From Spirochaetia bacterium (lineage in GTDB: Bacteria; Spirochaetota; Spirochaetia; SZUA-6; Bin103), in NCBI GenBank assembly GCA_965203905.1, contig CBDBDQ010000005.1:4128001-4192000 (forward strand): DNA of 64,000 nt, in the 5' to 3' direction. Position 1 is the stretch's first letter; each line of letters opens with the position of its first letter. This document shows positions 58,925 to 64,000 of this stretch, in pieces. Position numbers and translations under genes: made by a program. A model generated the notes under the pieces. The model was not told where the DNA came from. It searched no databases and saw nothing but the letters and a program-made list of their open reading frames with translations.

Positions 58925-58967
58925 AGAGAATCAGGTGCTTGGCGAGAATTGGGGCCCAACATCGTGC

Positions 58968-58997
58968 TTGCCGTCACTCGTTCCGGGACGCTAAAAT
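58968..58997 (+). promoter_or_regulatory. Putative sigma70 promoter of the RTX gene
   Basis: TTGCCG-18nt-TAAAAT. Confidence 0.55.
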
Positions 58998-59053
58998 GTG
59001 GACAGAGGGTTTGTTATTCCACCCATCACTTACCCTCCAATAGGAGGCCCACC

Positions 59054-59539
59054 ATGGCGAACCAGGAAGGCACTTCCGGCCACGACGTGATTCACGGCGA
59101 CGCGGACGGCGACAGGATCGAGGGCGGCGCCGGCTACGACTTCATCTATGGCGGCAGTGGTGCGGACGAACTGTATGGCGGCGAAGGCAAGGACCACCTG
59201 TTCGGCGGCGAGGGCGACGACACACTCGTAGGCGGTGCGAGCGTCGACCACATGACCGGCGGTGCGGGCGCGGACACGTTTGTGTTCGGCCCGGGACACG
59301 GATACGACTACATTCACGACTTCACCGATGGTGAAGACGTAGTCGACCTCACCGCGCTCACCGGCATCTCCGGTTTCGAGGACCTCACCATCACCGCCTA
59401 TGGGGAGGACGCCATCGTCGACCTGACCGCACACGGCGGAGGCCACATCCACCTTCGCAACGTCGACGTCGCCGATCTGGACGCCAACGACTTCCTGTTC
59501 TACGTGCCTACTACGGAGGCTGCCCAGGACGGCATGTAG
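59054..59539 (+). CDS. Small hemolysin-type (RTX) calcium-binding repeat protein
   Basis: AGGAGG SD; tandem GGxGxDxL/I nonapeptides; GADTFVF...DYIHDFTDGEDVVDL...DFLF T1SS-type C-terminus. Confidence 0.9.
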   Translation: MANQEGTSGHDVIHGDADGDRIEGGAGYDFIYGGSGADELYGGEGKDHLFGGEGDDTLVGGASVDHMTGGAGADTFVFGPGHGYDYIHDFTDGEDVVDLTALTGISGFEDLTITAYGEDAIVDLTAHGGGHIHLRNVDVADLDANDFLFYVPTTEAAQDGM

Positions 59540-59715
59540 CGACGCAAACGGGCCGGAGAGCGTCCCGTCTCGGTGGCGGCACGCGCCGGTGCCCGTTCAA
59601 ATGACGACGCGCATGGCACTCAATAGTCGCATCTGGCCTCTACCCGAGCTGTTTGAGCCCCCTGCATTCCGGCCGCCTTCGATAACGCTGCTATAACCCT
59701 ACGGCGCCGTCCGCC

Positions 59716-59892
59716 GCACGCGAGTGACCGAGCTGACGGCGCGACCCCGGCGCTTGTCGGGCAGCCCCAGGGCCCGTCCGCGTCGAGCCGCTCCAGGAAC
59801 TCCCGGCACGAGCGGGCCTTCAGCCGCCCGTTGGGGCCGCCGCCACGGCAACAGCTCCCACACGGTAGCGCGCCGGCTCCATCCGGCTCACG
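59716..59892 (-). pseudogene. Frameshifted remnant of a DUF4338-family (transposase-associated) N-terminus
   Basis: Across frameshifts reads SRMEPA.TVWELLPWRRPNGRLKARSCREFLERLDADG..LPDKRRGR. Confidence 0.55.
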
Positions 59893-60092
59893 CTCACAAC
59901 CCACCCATGAGGGAGTATCGGTTGCCATAAACCTTTATGGATGAGTGAGATATCTCTCTGTGCGAAGGCGCCGCACCCGTTGTCGTCGCCAGAGACTGCC
60001 ATTTGAGCCAGCCTTCGCTACCTCCTACGCAAACGAAGATGTCCCCACCCGGGGCCCAGGGACGAGGGTCCCCGTGCCGAGAGAAGCCAAGC

Positions 60093-60120
60093 TTGACAAT
60101 AACTGAGAATCGATTATTAT
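60093..60120 (+). promoter_or_regulatory. Sigma70 promoter overlapped by a Fur/Zur-box-like dyad
   Basis: TTGACA-16nt-TATTAT; TGAGAAT-CG-ATTATTA lies across the spacer and -10. Confidence 0.7.
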
Positions 60121-60126
60121 TTCTCT

Positions 60127-60495
60127 ATGCAGAGAGCGAAGCAGCAACTGGCCGTCTTCCGAGCCCTTGGCGAGGCGGACGGTCCCCTGTCCGCCAGGGA
60201 ACTGTGGACCCGCCTGAGCGGAACGGGTGTCGGTCTCGCCACGGTATACCGCGCTCTCCAACGGGGTGTTGAGGAGGGCACGCTGGAGTCCATCGAGGTG
60301 CTGGGCGGCGGCGTTCGGTACGAGCCCAAGGACCGCGAGCATCACCATCACTTTCTTTGCTCGACCTGCGACCACGCGTTCGACCTCTTCGGTTGCGTCG
60401 AGGGCCTTGAGTCCCTGCTCCCTGAGGGGTTTCAGATGACGGGACATGAGGTGGTGTTGCTCGGAACCTGTGATGCGTGTGGCAACGCGGCATGA
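60127..60495 (+). CDS. Fur-family metalloregulator (Zur-like)
   Basis: PLSAREL, GLATVYRAL, HHHHFLCSTC, CDAC. Confidence 0.92.
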   Translation: MQRAKQQLAVFRALGEADGPLSARELWTRLSGTGVGLATVYRALQRGVEEGTLESIEVLGGGVRYEPKDREHHHHFLCSTCDHAFDLFGCVEGLESLLPEGFQMTGHEVVLLGTCDACGNAA

Positions 60496-60528
60496 CGGTC
60501 GGCAACGCGCGTCGTCTTACTGCAAGCG

Positions 60529-60838
60529 TATGTTGATCGGCACCTCACGACGCTACCCGAACCTCGAACGGGTTCGACGTATCAAGAAGGCATTGCGCGA
60601 AGCGCTGAGCCTTTCCGATGACATTACGGTCACGGTCACCGAGTTGGCTTGTCTCGAAGAAGGCTGCGCCCCCGTCGAAACTGCGATTGGCCTGCTTCGG
60701 CCCGACGCACCACAGCTTCAGTGCAAACTACACAAACCCATGGACGCCGTTGACGCAAAGGACCTGGTTCAGGTCTGCACGGCGTGGGGATTCGACGTAA
60801 AGATTCCGGTGCTCGCACCGCTACTCCAGGAGGACTAG
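60529..60838 (+). CDS. Small Cys-containing hypothetical protein
   Basis: VTVTELACLEEGCAPVETAI motif; in operon with the COG0523 gene. Start uncertain. Confidence 0.65.
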
Positions 60839-62260
60839 ATGAACACGTCTCGACAGGTACCTGTTACGATCCTTACCGGCTTCCTTGGCTCCGGCAAGAC
60901 GACCCTGCTGAACCGGATCTTGAGGGATGAGCACGGCAAACGCATCGCCGTGATCGAAAACGAATTCGGGGAGGTTGGCATCGACCAGGCGCTGGTCATC
61001 AACGCTGACGAGGAAATCTTCGAGATGTCGAACGGATGCATCTGCTGCACGGTGCGCGGAGACCTGATTCGCGTACTCGGCAACCTGATGAAGCGCCGAG
61101 ACAAGTTCGACTACGTGTTGGTGGAAACCACGGGGCTCGCCGATCCCGGTCCGGTCGCTCAGACCTTCTTCATGGACGACGAGATTCGCGCGGAGTTCGC
61201 GCTGGACGGGATCGTCACGCTGGTCGACGCAGCCCACATCGAGCAGCAGCTCGGGCGCAGCGACGAAAGCACGGAACAGGTCGCGTTCGCGGACGTTCTT
61301 GTGCTCAACAAGACGGACCTCGTCGACGGCGAAGCGCTCGACCGGCTCGAGGCTCGGCTCCGGGAGATGAACCGAATGGCGCGGGTCATCCGCAGCGAGC
61401 GGGCGGACGTCTCCATCGATACGGTGCTCAACCTCGGCGCCTTCGACCTGGACCAGGTGCTCGGCCGTCGTCCCACATTTCTCGAGCCGGAATACCCGTT
61501 CGAGTGGACTGGAGTCTATGCGCTCGATAGCGGCCGCTACGAACTCAGCCTGGCCGATGGACCTGATCCGGCGATGTCTCTGGTCGTCGTACCCGACCAG
61601 GGCACGGATGACTCGGCACTTCGTGAGAGTGCTGAGTGGTGTGTGCGGCGGTATGCCGAGCCTGCCGTGCTCATTCGCCCGGGGGAAGAGATCCCCGTCG
61701 GAAAGCATGTGAACCTCCCGCTCGATTCCCCAGGGCGCAAGTCGTTCTTCCTGGAGGTCGATACGCAGGTGCGGGTTGGCCTCTACGCCCAGCACACCGC
61801 GGACGAGTTCGATCTGCAACTGACGAACGCGAATGGAGCGACAATCACGCAAAAAGACAGTCCGCGCTCCGAGCCTGTCACCCCCACGGAGACCGGCGCC
61901 CCGCGCATTGAGAAAGCGGTTCCCGTCGAAGTCGAGCGCACCTGGGTCGCACAGCATGAGCACGACGACGAAGTCGGCTCGATCGCAATCGAGCGGGACG
62001 GCGACGTCGATCCCAACAGGCTCAACGCGTGGTTGAGCGAACTGCTCTTCAATCGCGGGGTGGACATCTTCCGTATGAAGGGCTTCATCAGCATCGCGGG
62101 TGAGTCGCGTCGCTTCGTCTTCCAGGGGGTTCACATGCTCTTCGACGGACAGCCGGATCGTCCATGGGGCGACGCGCCCCGCCGCAATCAGCTCGTCTTC
62201 ATCGGCCGCAACCTCGATGAGCAGAGCATGCGGCGGGGGTTCGAAGCATGCCTGATTTGA
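60839..62260 (+). CDS. COG0523/CobW-family GTPase metallochaperone
   Basis: LTGFLGSGKTT, ENEFGEVGID, GCICC, ETTGLADP, NKTD, RMKG...QGVH CobW_C. Confidence 0.95.
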   Translation: MNTSRQVPVTILTGFLGSGKTTLLNRILRDEHGKRIAVIENEFGEVGIDQALVINADEEIFEMSNGCICCTVRGDLIRVLGNLMKRRDKFDYVLVETTGLADPGPVAQTFFMDDEIRAEFALDGIVTLVDAAHIEQQLGRSDESTEQVAFADVLVLNKTDLVDGEALDRLEARLREMNRMARVIRSERADVSIDTVLNLGAFDLDQVLGRRPTFLEPEYPFEWTGVYALDSGRYELSLADGPDPAMSLVVVPDQGTDDSALRESAEWCVRRYAEPAVLIRPGEEIPVGKHVNLPLDSPGRKSFFLEVDTQVRVGLYAQHTADEFDLQLTNANGATITQKDSPRSEPVTPTETGAPRIEKAVPVEVERTWVAQHEHDDEVGSIAIERDGDVDPNRLNAWLSELLFNRGVDIFRMKGFISIAGESRRFVFQGVHMLFDGQPDRPWGDAPRRNQLVFIGRNLDEQSMRRGFEACLI

Positions 62261-62281
62261 AGGTCGACGGGAGGAGTCTGC

Positions 62282-63412
62282 ATGAGCGGCGCCGAGAGTA
62301 GTGAAAGCGTGTACGACGTAGTGGTCGTCGGCGCCGGCGCCGCGGGCGTGGGTGCCGCCGTGGCTCTCAAGCATGCCGGCATCGACAACTTCGTGGTCTC
62401 CGAGCGTCACACGGTCGGCGCCTCGTTCGCCTCATGGCCGGCCGAGACGCGCTTCATCACGCCGTCGTTCCCAACCAATTCGATTGGCATGCTCGATTTG
62501 AACTCGATCGCGATTGGCACTTCACCCGCGTTCAGTCTGGGGGTCGAGCATCCGACCGGTGAAGAGTACGCGATGTACTTGCGTGGAGTCGCACAGTTCT
62601 TTGAGCTGCCGATACGCCAGAATACCGATGTGAAGCAGATTGCAGAGGTGGACGACGGCTTTCGCCTCGATACGGCCGACGGAACCTTGCAAGCCAGGCA
62701 CGTCATTTGGGCCGCTGGCGAGTTCCAATACCCACGCTTGAATGGGTTTGTTGGTAGCCAATTGTGTCGCCATACCGCGACCATACCCAGCTATGAAGAG
62801 CTTGACGGTGACGACTTCATCGTTGTCGGTGGCTACGAAAGTGGTGTCGACGTGGCCTATCACCTGGCCTATCGCGACAAACGAGTGCGGTTGTTCGACC
62901 AGGGTTGCCCGTGGGAGGACGAGAGTTCCGATCCCAGTGTCGCACTTTCCCCGTTTACGCTCGAACGCATGCGGGAAGCCCAGTTTGATGAGCAAGTGGA
63001 ACTGTTTCCGCACACACCTATCGAATCGGTCACTCGCGGGGACGCCATGTATGAAGTAACGGCTCGCGACGGACAGCGGTTTCAAACCCGCGTGCCGCCA
63101 CTATTGGCAGGCGGGTTCGAGCGCAGCCACAAGTTGGTCGCGGATTTGTTTGAACGCCACGACGATGGCTCTCCGCTTCTGAGCGAACACGATGAATCGA
63201 CCATCGTACCGGGGGTGTTTCTCTGCGGCCCCACCGTTCGCCATGACAATCACGTCTTCTGCTTTATCTTCAAGTATCGGCAACGGTTCGCCGTTGTCGC
63301 CAAGGCAATTGCGACCTCGTTAGGGCTGCCGGCGGAAGAGTTGGAAGAGTACCGCGAATGGGGCATGTATCTCGATGACCTCTCCTGCTGTGGGTTGGAG
63401 TGCGTGTGTTGA
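62282..63412 (+). CDS. FAD/NAD(P)-dependent oxidoreductase with Cys-rich C-terminus
   Basis: VVVGAGAAG, AAGEFQYP, VGGYESG, FCFIFKYRQRF, DDLSCCGLECVC. Confidence 0.85.
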   Translation: MSGAESSESVYDVVVVGAGAAGVGAAVALKHAGIDNFVVSERHTVGASFASWPAETRFITPSFPTNSIGMLDLNSIAIGTSPAFSLGVEHPTGEEYAMYLRGVAQFFELPIRQNTDVKQIAEVDDGFRLDTADGTLQARHVIWAAGEFQYPRLNGFVGSQLCRHTATIPSYEELDGDDFIVVGGYESGVDVAYHLAYRDKRVRLFDQGCPWEDESSDPSVALSPFTLERMREAQFDEQVELFPHTPIESVTRGDAMYEVTARDGQRFQTRVPPLLAGGFERSHKLVADLFERHDDGSPLLSEHDESTIVPGVFLCGPTVRHDNHVFCFIFKYRQRFAVVAKAIATSLGLPAEELEEYREWGMYLDDLSCCGLECVC

Positions 63413-63645
63413 CGGGAAACGACGGAGGCGCCGTCACCTCTGGCGCGGGCCGCAGCCGACTAGCCAGGGTGCGCAGCATCGAGTGGCTCGGACAAACGGC
63501 CGCCAGCGTTTGCTGGATTGGCAGCATGCTGACTTACGGGATCAGGTCCGGTGGGGATTGGTTGCAGTTGTGTGCTGCATCCGCATGGCTGTTGGCCAAC
63601 ATCGCAGCGGTTGCGACTGCCGACGCTGATTCGAAGCATGTCTGA
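63400..63645 (+). CDS. Small membrane protein
   Basis: Two hydrophobic segments; overlaps both neighbours in the operon. Confidence 0.55.
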   Translation: MRVLTGNDGGAVTSGAGRSRLARVRSIEWLGQTAASVCWIGSMLTYGIRSGGDWLQLCAASAWLLANIAAVATADADSKHV

Positions 63646-64000
63646 TTCGATGGTCAGCAGCCCGAGGGGTGTTCTTCGCTGGGACTGGTCTGCGGCGGTC
63701 GGTGACTACGCCATCGCCGGGGGCTGGACCCTGCACGGCGAGGCGCTGGTGGTCGGTGATGCCGCGGGTGGCGTCTACGCGTTCGACGGCAAGACTGGCG
63801 CGACCATCTGGACGCAGCGCGGAGTCCATGAAGGTGGGGTGCTCGCGGTGGCGATCCACCCAAACCGACCCACGTTCGCTACGGCCGGCCAGGACGGCCG
63901 AGTCCTGGTCTGGAGTGCCGCCGAAGGTCGGGTCAGCCTAGCTATCGAAGTCGGGAACGGTTGGGTGGAGAACGTGGCGTGGTCGCCGGACGGAAAGTGG
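63638..64000 (+). CDS. WD40/beta-propeller repeat protein (runs off the right edge)
   Basis: MSDSMVSSPRG...HEGGVLAVAIHP...FATAGQDGRVLVW...WVENVAWSPDGK. Confidence 0.85.
   Translation, partial: MSDSMVSSPRGVLRWDWSAAVGDYAIAGGWTLHGEALVVGDAAGGVYAFDGKTGATIWTQRGVHEGGVLAVAIHPNRPTFATAGQDGRVLVWSAAEGRVSLAIEVGNGWVENVAWSPDGKW

Noticed and set aside
59600-60090. Cobalamin riboswitch upstream of the CobW-family operon
   Set aside because: No B12-box/GGGAA core found; much of the region is a DUF4338-like remnant, and the operon appears leaderless.

Overview
High-GC bacterial chromosome segment, most likely from a spirochaete (Spirochaetota). This is inferred from the murG-cvpA-holB-kinase-sigma54 regulator synteny, the spirochaete-type S21 and RecJ, and several spirochaete-style hypothetical proteins. 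About 5.8-34 kb is housekeeping core: ftsB-like, tsaC, vanY-like, lon, recO, thpR, recJ, M23 peptidase, rpsU, two tRNA-Met, rnhA, comM, htrA, uvrB, murG, cvpA, holB, a two-component system and a wecA-like gene. The flanks are accessory. Left flank: the 5' part of a DISARM DrmD-like helicase, RNase Z, an outer-membrane beta-barrel and a complete ISAzo13 element. Right flank: two peptide ABC modules, an AAA-ATPase/PD-(D/E)XK protein, a HipA-like kinase + HIRAN pair, broken toxin-antitoxin modules, a sulfatase/TauD/sugar-ABC/GH42 cluster interrupted by a two-TIR cassette, an RTX Ca-binding protein and a Fur/Zur-COG0523 metal operon. The most striking unexplained structure is a ~230-250 bp non-coding element present twice, 55 kb apart (3368-3619 and 58696-58924). 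It is built from TTCGCGAA-type repeats, bounded by inverted repeats, and ends the same distance upstream of sigma70-like promoters of two unrelated surface/secreted-protein genes. All calls are by eye, without database searches.
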